Of a stretch of 51,699 bases of DNA, positions 1 through 10,654 are shown one piece after another. The stretch is taken from NCBI RefSeq assembly GCF_001194135.2, contig NC_068998.1, forward strand, positions 14,645,492-14,697,190, read 5' to 3'. Source of the stretch: Octopus bimaculoides. Taxonomy: Eukaryota. Every line of letters starts with the position of its first letter. The first letter of the stretch is position 1. A program made the position numbers and the translations under genes. The notes under the pieces are model-generated. The model ran no database searches, was not told where the DNA came from, and saw only the letters and a program-made list of their open reading frames with translations.

Positions 1-76
<76 letters not shown>

Positions 77-132
77 TACGTATGTATGTACGTATGTATG
101 TATGTATGTATGTATGTATGCATGTATGTATA
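1..132. repeat. Compound microsatellite (TA)n(TG)n(TATG)n
   Basis: Read directly from the sequence. Confidence 0.97.
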
Positions 133-504
133 TGTATATATGAGGCAATGAGCATAAGAAGAGGACAATTCATTTAGATACGACCACACGCTCATACACA
201 GAAGGTAAAGGTAATTACATATTCATATACACATCATTAATTCCGCGTAGAACTTAACAATAACCAAGAAGACAACATGGCACCCGGCACATGCAGTCTT
301 ACAGTTTCATTATATGTGTTTTCTATCTTTTTTTGTTATTTATTGATATTCTTTTTGACCATGTAACAGCGAAATGAAGAGACATTTCCTCTGCATTGCT
401 ATTTTCGTTTAGCAACCTTGTCTCTGACACTCGTGCGTTCTTCATACAGTAATAAATGTATTGGCTTTCATCATGGTTGTCGTCATTGTAGTTACTAATG
501 TCGC

Positions 505-615
505 CATCAAATACAGTCTTGCTTTCCAACCGTGTTGCCTTGGGTTCAGTCCCACTGTGTAGTACGTTGGGCAATTCTCTTTCATTACATCTCCGTGCTG
601 ACTATAAAGCCTTAT
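505..615 (+). mobile_element. Degenerate head of SINE family B (tRNA head plus CORE-like segment)
   Basis: ccttgggttcagtcccactgtgtagtacgttgggcaa aligns with the better copy at 24808 (gggttcagtctcactgcgtggcattttctgcaagtg). Boundaries approximate. Confidence 0.55.
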
Positions 616-1637
616 ATATCATATAATTGCCTTTACTATATTGATATATAAAATAACACATATAACTCACTTATTATTGTCATATAATAAACCAACAGAT
701 GTTTGTGCATGAAATTGATCTTTTTTCTACTCCACCCTGCTCTTGTAAAACTGCCATGCAAGGGCTTTTGGAAGTTGTTCATAGTCATCGATGTCAATTT
801 TCTTTTAGATGAAACTGCTCAGACTATTTGCCTCGACGTCCAAAATCTCTGCAATACTTCTCTACAGAAAGGGAATGTTGGTTTCCTCACAGACGGTAAT
901 ATTAATCTATGAGTGGCTAGCAATATTCTAGACACCGGCGCTCGCACTTGATCTACGTTTGACACATGATTTCAGTTTTGTCAAAGAGCAATTAAGAGTA
1001 ACACAGTCACATTAATGGTGCCCACTCCATCCCTTTTTCGTTAGTTCCTGAGATTGTAAAGAGTATGTTTATCTCGATGTCCAGTGTAAACCAAAATAGT
1101 CTAGCAGTAAAATAGACGCCAAAAGTGGAGGCTTCAATAACGAGAAATTGAAATCCCTTCGTAATATCCAAAGAAATGTTGTCCTAAGTGTATAAAGCAC
1201 AAATAGCGATAGACTATAAGACTGCATCATACGAAATGGTTTACAGAGACAGGGAAATAATTGTTAAAACCCTCAGATTACATCCCTTTTAAAGAAGGAA
1301 TTCTATCTGAACAGATATTAATACATGACTGAAAGGAAATGAGGAATCTATCCATATATAAATACCTGGAGCTAGTGATATGAAAACTATAAGGTTTGAA
1401 AATATGAAGCAATCCACTTTAAAAGTAGGCCTTATGAATAATAACAGAAGGCTTAAAGGCAATTTAGCCTATACACAAAATTCACAGGCATACTCAGGAA
1501 AACAACATCGCCTCTAGACACGGCGTTTGTATTACGTAGATTACAAGAAATCAAGATTTAAGAGTCTCAGAATAAAGCAAAATTTCTTTCACCAAGACAG
1601 TCCTGGGCGCATTCAATTTTTGGTTGAACAATGAAGA

Positions 1638-1887
1638 TATTGGGCTGGTGCATAATTATTGCGGGTTTTTAAACAAATTTTATTCAACAAAGACAATAGC
1701 AATATTTACCAAAACTATCTTTAAATGACGGTCTGACTGTCTGCCAAGCAAATGGGAAGCATTAATGAAGTAGATGGTGAATATGCTCCGGTATAATCAT
1801 TTAAAGATGTTTTTGTTACATGTTATTTTTTTTTGTTGAATAAAATTTGTTGAAAAAAAGCCGCAATAATTATGCACCAACCCAATA
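1638..1887 (+). mobile_element. Mariner-derived MITE, copy 1 (250 bp including TA TSDs)
   Basis: TIRs ta-ttgggctggtgcataattattgcgg / ccgcaataattatgcaccaacccaa-ta, similar to Hsmar1/MADE1-type TIRs. The interior keeps a frameshifted transposase C-terminus (LPSKWEA/INEVDGEYAP, cf. mariner LPxRWxxVIxxxGEY). Confidence 0.92.
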
Positions 1888-2204
1888 ATATTGAAATGTT
1901 TCAATATATGCACAAGACCACACATACGAGAAATGCTAATCGATCAAATCACTTCATAGAAATTTAGTTTTATCAATACTCAGAATAATGAAATCTAAAA
2001 TTGACTTCAGAAGGATTTTTAAAGAAGCAGAACAAATATCCTAAGACATTTTGACCGAGACCCTTTATATTCCAGAACCATATAGTTCGATGGTAGTTGA
2101 GTCGATTAAATCAACTCAAAAAGTAGTCTATTCTTAAATGTCTCAAATCCGAATGAAATTGCAAATCAAAAACCTGAAGCAAAGGGCGGTAGCTAAATAT
2201 TAGT

Positions 2205-2391
2205 TCGAAACTTTGACACAAATCCAGAATGGGTAAGTCGATTACACCGACCTCAGTCCTCAACTGGTATTTATATTTTCGACTCCAAAAGATGAAAGGC
2301 AAGGTCAACCTCGGTGAAGTTTGAACTCGGAACATAAAGACGGGCCAATGGCTACTAACCTTACTAACGACTCTACCAGCTCGCCGCCTTG
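2205..2391 (-). mobile_element. SINE family A (tRNA head plus MESC/Meta-like core)
   Basis: Reverse complement begins caaggcggcgagctggtagagtcgttag, has a B-box-like gagttcaaac and core gttgaccttgcctttcatcttttggagtcga. The core resembles the MESC/MetaSINE core (recalled, not searched). Confidence 0.85.
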
Positions 2392-2877
2392 AAGTAGTTA
2401 AAGATAGCAATGCCTTTTGTGTTATTTTCTGTCGATTCTGCTAATCCACCGCTTCTAATAATAATACTTTCTTTGGCACAATACCAGCAATGATAGGGTG
2501 GGCTACTAGATTACATTAACCACTTCATTAGTACGTTGGTACACTGCTATTAATAATAATATTGAGGACTGGAGTGAATTCTTGCCTCAGCTGGATGTCT
2601 TGATTTTGTCAACGCTGTATAGCATTTACAAATCAACCAATACATTGCTAGCACTTAGGTAATCTTATTGGATGAGTAATAGAATACTAAATGGACTTTT
2701 GTGGAATTTAAACTAGAAGCATAAATGGAAATAATAGATATAGCAAAGCCGCTTAAATGACGTAGCACTGATTTTACTCTCTCTTTTACGCAATTATTAA
2801 CGGTTTCTAACATCAAATTTGGATTTATAACAATGATGATGATGATGATAACAACAACATGAAGACTGGAATGAAAA

Positions 2878-3129
2878 TATTGGGCTGGTGCATAATTATT
2901 GCGGTTTTTTTTTTAACAAGTTTTATTCAACAAAAACAATAGCAATATTTAGCAAAAATATCTTTAAATGACGGTCTGACTGTCTGCCAAGCAAATGGGA
3001 AGCATTAATGAAGTAGATGGTGAATATGCTCTGGAATAATCATTTAAAGATGTTTTTGTTACATGTTATTTTTTTTGTTGAATAAAATTTGTTGAAAAAA
3101 AGCCGCAATAATTATGCACCAACACAATA
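2878..3129 (+). mobile_element. Mariner-derived MITE, copy 2
   Basis: Same TIRs and TA ends as 1638-1887; about 10 differences by eye. Confidence 0.92.
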
Positions 3130-3171
3130 ACATAGATATGTTTCAATATATGCACAAGACCACACATACGA

Positions 3172-3329
3172 CACCTCCATCGCTTTCTTGACGGTAAGCA
3201 ACTGTGGTAGTCGTTTATCAGACAGGATTTTCTACAGCTCGTCTCTTTGAGCTGCAGTCCTAGATCAGGCGTAGAGCGAGACTGGGCATCTGGGCTCTTG
3301 TGACCAATAAAAAGATTATTATTATTATA
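3172..3329 (+). mobile_element. 3' end of a LINE (possibly L1/Tx1 clade) with AATAAA and (ATT)n tail
   Basis: ccAATAAAaag followed by attattattattat. A short degenerate frame LHRFLDGKQLW*SFIRQDFLQLVS resembles the post-RT region of Tx1-like ORF2. The clade call is tentative. Confidence 0.45.
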
Positions 3330-3590
3330 TGAAAACTTCCAGCTTATTTTACTGGGTATGATGGAAAGCGTCAGCTGTCCACAGCCAGCAGACACTTGTT
3401 TACTGGTCATGCTTCAAGAATCCTGTGAAGAATTCTTGCAGTTCCAAGTAATTTTTGATTTTTGTAGGTGTTTTACCTTCACACTTGCACCAATATTTTT
3501 CAGCCATGTTGGTAGTTGAGTGCTGATACTTTCAAGTGCACCAACTAATATTGGTATCACGTATACTCTCTTCATTGACCATAACTTTCA
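3330..3590 (-). pseudogene. 5'-truncated R4/Dong-clade (RLE) LINE: ORF C-terminus plus 3' UTR
   Basis: Minus-strand translation KLWSMKRVYVIPILVGALESISTQLPTWLKNIGASVKVKHLQKS/LLGTARILHRILEA* (stop 3409-3407, one frameshift) matches the VIPIVIGALG...LQK..LLGTARIL ending of R4-clade RLE proteins. Flanked by (TAA)n on both sides in element sense. Confidence 0.85.
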
Positions 3591-3649
<59 letters not shown>

Positions 3650-3669
3650 TTATTATTATCCTCATCATG

Positions 3670-3720
<51 letters not shown>
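3591..3720. repeat. (ATT)n grading into (ATC)n microsatellite
   Basis: Read directly; explains the poly-Ile ORF 3520-3753. Confidence 0.97.
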
Positions 3721-3721
<1 letters not shown>

Positions 3722-3764
3722 CTTTTAGCTCAGTTACCTGTCAGGTTCATTAAAACATTGGGTA

Positions 3765-3900
3765 AGTTCGTTTTGCCTTTCGAGATCGATAAAATAAAAT
3801 GACAGTTATTTACTGTGTTTGATAGTATTGATTTTCCCATACCTCAAAGCTCCCGGGCTGGTGCCTTCAATCGCAGAGAATTATAAATTTTTATTCCTTG
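3765..3900 (+). mobile_element. SINE family A, 3' fragment (degenerate)
   Basis: ttttgcctttcgagatcgataaaataaaatgacagtt...ccgggctggtgcc...agagaattat follows the family A core and tail order. Confidence 0.55.
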
Positions 3901-5199
3901 TTACTTTTTCAAGAGAATGATTGACTCAGGTGTCGAACAACATTATAATTCGAAGAAACTGTTGAAAATTTAATTTATTTTAATAGCAGGGAAATATAAA
4001 TGTTTAACAAAATATACGAATTCTGGATATTAAAGTACTCCAGGGGAAAATGTTTGAAAATTGCAACACACTGAATGTAACTAACTAAATGTAATTTCAT
4101 AAATATTTGATATATACATTGAAAAAATATTTCAGAGACACGAAATATATAGATATTTTCCTGTATTATAACTCTCCAATTGGAAATCAGCACAGTTAAA
4201 GTATGCTGAGCAGGCAATTATATCTCTTGTGAGGGCGATCTTGTGATAGAAGTAATAAATCATATATCAGACGCCAGAAATATTTCAACCACTACGTATA
4301 CAAAATAGCTACGAACTCTTATAAATTATATTTAGGAAAGGCATGAATAAATAAATGAAAAAAATGGAAAAGAAATTAAAAGTGGGTTGAATAGTGATGT
4401 TCCACACGCCCTAGAGAAAGGATAAGGAATAGAAGAGAAAATATGGCAAATAAATAATAAAAGAAAATTGCATACATTGAAGACAGGACAGCATTTTATA
4501 TAGCTCAAACATATTCCACGCAAAAATAATCCATTGAAGCTCACAATTAAGCGTAAAATTTGTAGTAAACATATTCAAAATTTCAGCAGTGAAGTAAAAA
4601 TACAATCTATAGCTAATTCGATGTAGAACATCAATAAAAGTAATGGGTTCTCAGAATAGTTATTAATTGAAAACAATAAAATATCTTGCACAAATGTCAA
4701 ATGCTGAATAATTAAAACGTTCTTAACAAAAGAAACTAAAGTAATGAAAGTTTCAAACAAAATCTAATAAATTTGTTGCCATAGGAACATCATAAATTTG
4801 AATACAAAACAACGTGCTGTACAGCATTGACAGTATTTTAAGAGGTATGATAAAAACAAGCATAAGAAGTAGCGCGTTTAAATTTAGCACATTTTACCAA
4901 AATAAGAATAAATAAGACGTGTGCACGATCAATACATTAGAAATGCCATGAAACATGCCAGTAAAAACTAGTTTCTAGAAATTTCTAATGGAGAATCGCT
5001 TGACAATGTGGCTCGCATCAACAACGGTTGGAAAATAATGACGCAAAGATATATTCAAAATGTCGGTTGTCTGGTTATATGAGGGTAGAATATATTGCGG
5101 CAAACCCCAAACAACCAGCAAAGTCACAAGCCGTACTTATACAAAAATCAAGGCACATTTATAACAGGCAGTTTATTTAAAATAATTCGTTGCATTATT

Positions 5200-5398
5200 C
5201 TCACAAGTTCAGCAATTTTGGGGCAAGGGCCTAGTTGATTACCTCGACTCCAGTCCTCACCTGGTACATATTTTATCGGCTCCAAATGATTAGAGGGCAA
5301 AATCGGCCTCAACGGTATTTGAAATTGAAATGTAGACAGACGAAATACCCATAAGCATTTTTCCCGGCGTGCCAAAAGCTCTGGCAGCTAACCACCTT
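5200..5398 (-). mobile_element. SINE family A
   Basis: Reverse complement aaggtggttagctgccagagcttttggcacgccgggaaaaatgcttatggg... is collinear with the 8506 copy. Confidence 0.8.
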
Positions 5399-5434
5399 TC
5401 AGTTTATAGTAATAATAATAATAATAATAATAAT

Positions 5435-5982
5435 GCAATACCAGGCAGTGGCTCTCGTGGCTTCTGATCTTAACTGATCGGAAGTGTTATCATGTACATT
5501 GTTTTGTCTTGGTATAAAAGATGGGCTACAGCAAATATTCTGCTCAATATCACAGATTTGCTTGTCAGTTGTTTGACCTTAACAAGTTGAACATTCTCTT
5601 AGTGGCGGACGATATTTGCATCTCTGATCACGAGCGGAAGATGTGAGGGAGCATCATAGCCATGTGTTGAGAAGAATTATTTGGGGTTTGGGTAATTCCC
5701 ACCTTTGGAAACATGCGTGTTTTATTCAGTGTCCTTCAACAACCCTTATTCAAGGACCATTTGACTGGGATGGGCTACTCGACCTGAAGAAAATTCTAAC
5801 TGGATCCCACCTGCAAGGTCATTCACTGTTTATCTTGATACGAGATCACCATGTCGCGCACATATTGTTGCGATGCAAGTGCTTGGTCTACCCTTATCAG
5901 GCGGGTAGTCATGATGGGTAAACTGGGCTTCATATAATTGTACCCCAGTGTCACTTTGATTGAATGCACTGCTCTCTCACTC
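5435..5982 (+). mobile_element. Unclassified non-coding interspersed element flanked by (AAT)n
   Basis: A 548-bp block, GC-richer than its flanks, with sharp ends (gcaataccagg...ctctctcactc) and (AAT)n on both sides. No recognisable protein. Repeat status is inferred from structure. Confidence 0.55.
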
Positions 5983-7071
5983 AATAATAATAATGATGAT
6001 GATGATGATGATGATATTCTGAAACATCTTCTTCCAAATCGATCCAATCAAATACAAAACGATATATACAACTACAATGAGGAATATTCTCCATGTCTGC
6101 TATTTTTAGTAATTAGTGCAGAAATAGTGTTATTTTTTAAAAGATGTACGATAGACCAGTTCAACTAATATTTAAAAGACTGTTGAATAAATAATGATGT
6201 AGTCGTGTCCAGAACAACCTTAGTAATAGATATGCTTGATCATTGCCTATCTGAGTTTAAATAGCATCTCATTAGCTCTAAGCATTATGCTAAGGTGTGC
6301 AACATTCATGATGAATGCCGAATATGCCTACTTTCTCTGCATCCGCAAGCCGGATGTACAATTTATGGGAATGTACTATTGGTTAATGTGCGATTTATTC
6401 GATAATGTACTATTTATATTGACTGTTTGAATAATAAAAGACAGGATAATCATAGCTAGAACGCTTTTATTCACGGAACTGCACGATCGTGACTTATCCG
6501 CAGTAAATAACAATGGCAATCTCTTAACTTCTAAATACTTTCGGAGGATGGTCAACACTTGCGTTAAGAAATCATGTCGTCTATTCTTTCTGCGCCAAGA
6601 AACCATATGTATAATGGGGCACATCCTTGAGATTTTAACATATCTGACTACATGATAAACCTTATGTCGAAATAAATAATGTTGTTCTCATAAATGCTGT
6701 GGCATAATAGAGTTGAAGTGCTGCTTCTATAGGCTGAATCTATGGTTTTGACAGACAACGTATGTTTCATAGATTTGGACGATCAGTGATGATTATGTTT
6801 ATGCAAAAAATTTAAAAAATAATAGTATAAATTAAGGTTTAAGTAAATTTCATAAGAGAAGAGGAAACTACAATTTGAATAGCTAAGATGAACAAATACT
6901 AAAGAAAATTTTATATTTCTGATTCTTTAAGTTACCCGTGAAACAACTTGTTTAAATAATTAAAATCTCCAAATTGCTATCGAAGCAATACAAGTTTCCA
7001 AGGAAACGGTAGCTAAAATTTAAACTACTTCTGAAGCAATAGTAAAATTTTAAATTCTGAGTGACACTATT

Positions 7072-7200
7072 TTGGTTTCAAATTTTGGCAAAAGGTCAGT
7101 AATTTCGGGGAGTGGGCTAAGTCGATTACATCGACCTCAGTACTCAACTGGAACTTAGTATTTCACCCGGCGTGCTGATGATTCTGCGTGCTAGCCGCCT
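7072..7200 (-). mobile_element. SINE family A with internal deletion
   Basis: Head (aaggcggctagcacgcagaatcatcagcacgccgggtgaaatac) joined directly to the 3' hairpin module; the MESC-like core is missing. Confidence 0.8.
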
Positions 7201-7219
7201 TTCTGAGTGACACAATATT

Positions 7220-7434
7220 GGTTTTGGCTTTTGGCACAATGCCAGCAATTTCAGGGGAAGGGATAAATCAATTACATTGACCCCAGTGCTCCACTGATAC
7301 TTATTTTATATCGATCTAGAAACGATGAAAGGGGAAATCGACCTCGGTGGCATTTGAACTCAGTACGTAAAGACGGACGAAATGTCGCTAAGCATTTTGT
7401 CCGGTGTGCTAACGATTCTGTCAGCTCACTACCC
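7220..7434 (-). mobile_element. SINE family A, near full length
   Basis: Collinear with 8506-8720 in reverse; flanked by 19-bp direct repeats ttct(g/a)agtgacacaatatt. Confidence 0.88.
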
Positions 7435-7855
7435 TTCTAAGTGACACAATATTAACATTGCAAATTAGCAGTGAGGCAAATTACAAATTGTCATTCAAAG
7501 AATAGTAAAACTACAAACTGACAGCGAAGCAGCAATATAAATACAAGTTGCCAGTAAAAGTTGCACACTGCCATTGAAATTATGATTAATACAATGTTCC
7601 ATTGAATGTTATACTGCCACGGGAACAACAAAAACAAAATTGCTATTGTAACAACAAAAAATTTCAAATTTTTATGGAAGCAATAGGAAAGTTATAGATT
7701 GCATATCATATCTAGAGAATTGTAAATCAACAGTAAAAATAGTAAAATTACAGATTTCGATCAAACAACAAAAGATTTACAGACTTCCTTCGAAACAATA
7801 GGAAGATGTACAAATTTCCATTAAAAAATCGTAAAATCACCTATTTTGTTTTCAG

Positions 7856-7999
7856 TCATAAAAAATGTCTCCGACACTGATGAGAGTGAAGAAGAGAGGA
7901 AAGCATCCTTTAACAGGAAAACTGGCTTCACTGCTTGCAATAGAGTATCAGTCTCTGCTAAAATGCCTGTGGATGATGTTGAATTTGCCCCTGGTCTAG
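7856..7999 (+). CDS. Candidate internal coding exon, unknown host gene
   Basis: Good acceptor (cctattttgttttcag|). Open frame xIKNVSDTDESEEERKASFNRKTGFTACNRVSVSAKMPVDDVEFAPG in a GC-richer island within AT-rich repeat. Donors after 7993 or 7999 preserve phase but are weak. Confidence 0.25.
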
Positions 8000-8505
8000 G
8001 TTTATAATCAAAGTAGAATATGGCAAGAATTGAACTTTAGAACACTTAACGCCGGAATAAGTACATCATGACATCTATTCTGGCACGCTAACAATTCTAC
8101 TATCCCATCCATCACAGCAGATAAATACTAGAAAGATTAAGTCAAGAATTGATCACAGGATGGCAGTAGTATTTGAACTCAGAGAAAAAAGAAGCACCAC
8201 CCTCTCCAAAAATCTGCAAGGCAACTGGTCAACTTTCTTAGTGGTACGGAAATCCACCACACTGGGCTTGCGTTTATTATCGACCTGGAAAGTACGATGT
8301 ATAGAAAATTGTCTACGGCGAGTTATGAACTTGGAGCGCAAGAAATAGAAACAAATATAGCGGATAATTTTCGTCTGACGTTCTATCGGTTCTTCTAATT
8401 TAACCTACTATGTCACTACTGAAAAAATAAAAAGCTGTAATAACTTACTAAACTAAGAATTGTATAACTTACTGAATCAGTAATCAATGCAATGCGAAAT
8501 CATAA

Positions 8506-8720
8506 CAAAGCGATGAGCTGGCAGAAACGTTAGCTCGCCGGGCAAAATGCTTAGTGTTATTTCGTCTGTCTTTACGTTCTGAACTCAAATTCCGCCAAGG
8601 TCGACTTTGCCTTTCATCCTTTCATGGGCGATAAATTAAGTACCAGTTGCGTACTGGAGTCGATCTTATCGACTAGCCCCTTGCCCCTAAATTTCGGGCC
8701 TTGTGCCTAGAGTAGAAAAG
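8506..8720 (+). mobile_element. SINE family A, full length, best-preserved copy
   Basis: tRNA-like head with B-box-like gaactcaaattcc and MESC-like core gtcgactttgcctttcatcctttc...gataaattaagtaccagtt. 15-bp TSD aatgc(g/a)aaatcataa at 8491-8505 and 8721-8735. Confidence 0.92.
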
Positions 8721-8879
8721 AATGCAAAATCATAAGTTTGCATTGAAATTATAGAACGACTGTCATTTACAATAGAAGCTGTTTCAACTTCAAATCAACT
8801 GTTAAAGCCATAGGAAAATTAAATAGAACTTGAAATAGTTACTTTTGTTATAGAAACAACGCCATATGTTTTTTTAAAA

Positions 8880-9038
8880 GGGACTAATCGATTACATCGA
8901 CCGCAATTCTTATTTGGTTCTTATTTTATTGAACCCGTAAAGATGAAAGACAAAGTCGAATTTGAAGTCAGAAGGTAAAGTCGGAAAATGCCACTAAGCA
9001 ATTTCTCCGGTGTACTACCGATTGTCAGCTCGCATCAT
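8880..9038 (-). mobile_element. SINE family A (degenerate)
   Basis: taatcgattacatcgacc...gatgaaagacaaagtcga...cagctcgc is collinear with family A in reverse. Confidence 0.75.
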
Positions 9039-9064
9039 TTGATCTTGAGATAATAATCCATTCT

Positions 9065-9270
9065 GTTATAGACACAAGCCTGAAATTTTGGAGGAGGGAC
9101 TGGGTGATTACATCGACCCCACTGCTCAACTCGTACTTCTTTCATCAACCAAAAAAGGATGAAGAGCAAAGACGGCCTTAGCGGAATTTATGCTCAGAAC
9201 GTGAAGACGGACGAAATGCTGTTTAGCATTTTGTCCGGCGCAGTAACGATTCTGTCAGCATGCCGCCTTA
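9065..9270 (-). mobile_element. SINE family A
   Basis: Reverse complement starts taaggcggcatgctgacagaatcgttactgcgccggacaaaatgc. Confidence 0.85.
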
Positions 9271-10611
9271 GGACTTAAAGTAATAATCACTGAATAAACA
9301 GTAAAATCAAAATTACCATTGCAACTTCCAGTGAAACAATCTTCATATTACAAATTACTACGGAAGCCAAAGTAATAAAAGCCATAGTTCATATTACCTT
9401 ACAAGTAATAATCATGTCAAAATTGGTATAGAATTAATAGTACAATTAAATTTGCCATTAAATTTATTATAAAATTATTAACTGCCAGGGAAATAATCGT
9501 CACGTCTCAAAATTATTTTGAAGCTATAGTACAGTAGTTTTAAGACATCTGTATTTATCAGGAAAAAGCAATATTAAACTTGTGTATTCTGTACATCTTT
9601 GCACTTTTATTTCAAATTCACACTTCCAAACCCGCTTTAACTTAAACTAAAATATATAGTGTCCTCTATGGAAGCTGATGACCAGGAGCAAGCAACGCGT
9701 AGAAATTTGGGTATTAGCTATAGTAAAATTCAAATTAACATTGCAGTAACAGTACATAAAAGCCATTAAATCCGCCGTATAATTATGTATTTTCATTAAG
9801 TAATAGTAATTATAAAAGTCAAATTGCAAACGAAACAATTGTAAAAATTTACCAGTTACCATTTAATAGAAAGGAACATTCATTTTGACGCTGAATCTAA
9901 AGAAAATTTGATAAAATGCCATTAAGATGTGAGATAACAGATCCTTATCAAAGCTATAAAAAAAAATTCATATTGATTTTAAAGAATGGTACACTTGAAG
10001 TAGTAGTAATTTTGAAACCTCGCGAGGAATAAGAAATTACTCCTGAAATGATAAATGAAATTTCCGTGTACGAAATAGTAAAAGTAAGATTACTGATGAG
10101 GCAAGAATAAAATTAAGATTTCAATCTAAACAATAGGAAAGCTAAAAGTAGAAAATAAAGCAGTTGTAGGAATGAAGCTATAAAATGACATAACATACTA
10201 CTGTGACACATAAAGGAAAATTGGAAATTACAATTGAAAAGATATTTAATATTCAAAATCTTCATTTGATTAATAACAAATTCAAATAGCTATTAAAGCA
10301 ATAGCACAACTACAAATTACCAGAAAATCAGCAGAAGTTTTCAGATTGAGAGTGAATTAACCGTGATATAAATTGTAATTGCAGCAATAACTATTTTACA
10401 AATAACCATTGAAACTGCAGTGAAATTACAACTTACCAATGAAGCAATCTTATAATTATAAACTGCCGTTGAAATAGTAGCAGTTCTCGTAGAAAGAAAA
10501 TTTCAAAATGCCATCGAAAGCAATGACAGAATTGAAATCACAATTGAAATGTAGTAAAACCCACATTACCATTGAAGCAACAGTCTAATTAATTACGAAT
10601 TACCAATGAGC

Positions 10612-10654
<43 letters not shown>

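Noticed and set aside
1130-1600. Possible old LINE post-RT remnant (LRNIQRNVVLSV / YKTASYEMV)
   Set aside because: The motif similarity is too short and broken to assign without an HMM search.
4330-4860. Possible decayed AP-endonuclease frame (FYIAQTYST...KNTIYS*FDV)
   Set aside because: More than ten stops and no intact catalytic motif; unsupported by eye.
6060-6655. Hydrophobic frames with a DR motif (LTV*IIKDRIIIA) suggesting a 7TM pseudogene
   Set aside because: AT-rich DNA readily gives hydrophobic frames; the frames are discontinuous and other GPCR motifs are absent. A tBLASTn or HMM hit would reopen it.
7877-7902. CTGATGA...GAAA hammerhead core
   Set aside because: The intervening sequence is all purine-rich and cannot form stem II.
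8506-8600. tRNA-like sequences at SINE heads
   Set aside because: They have A/B boxes but no complete cloverleaf, and they continue into SINE bodies.
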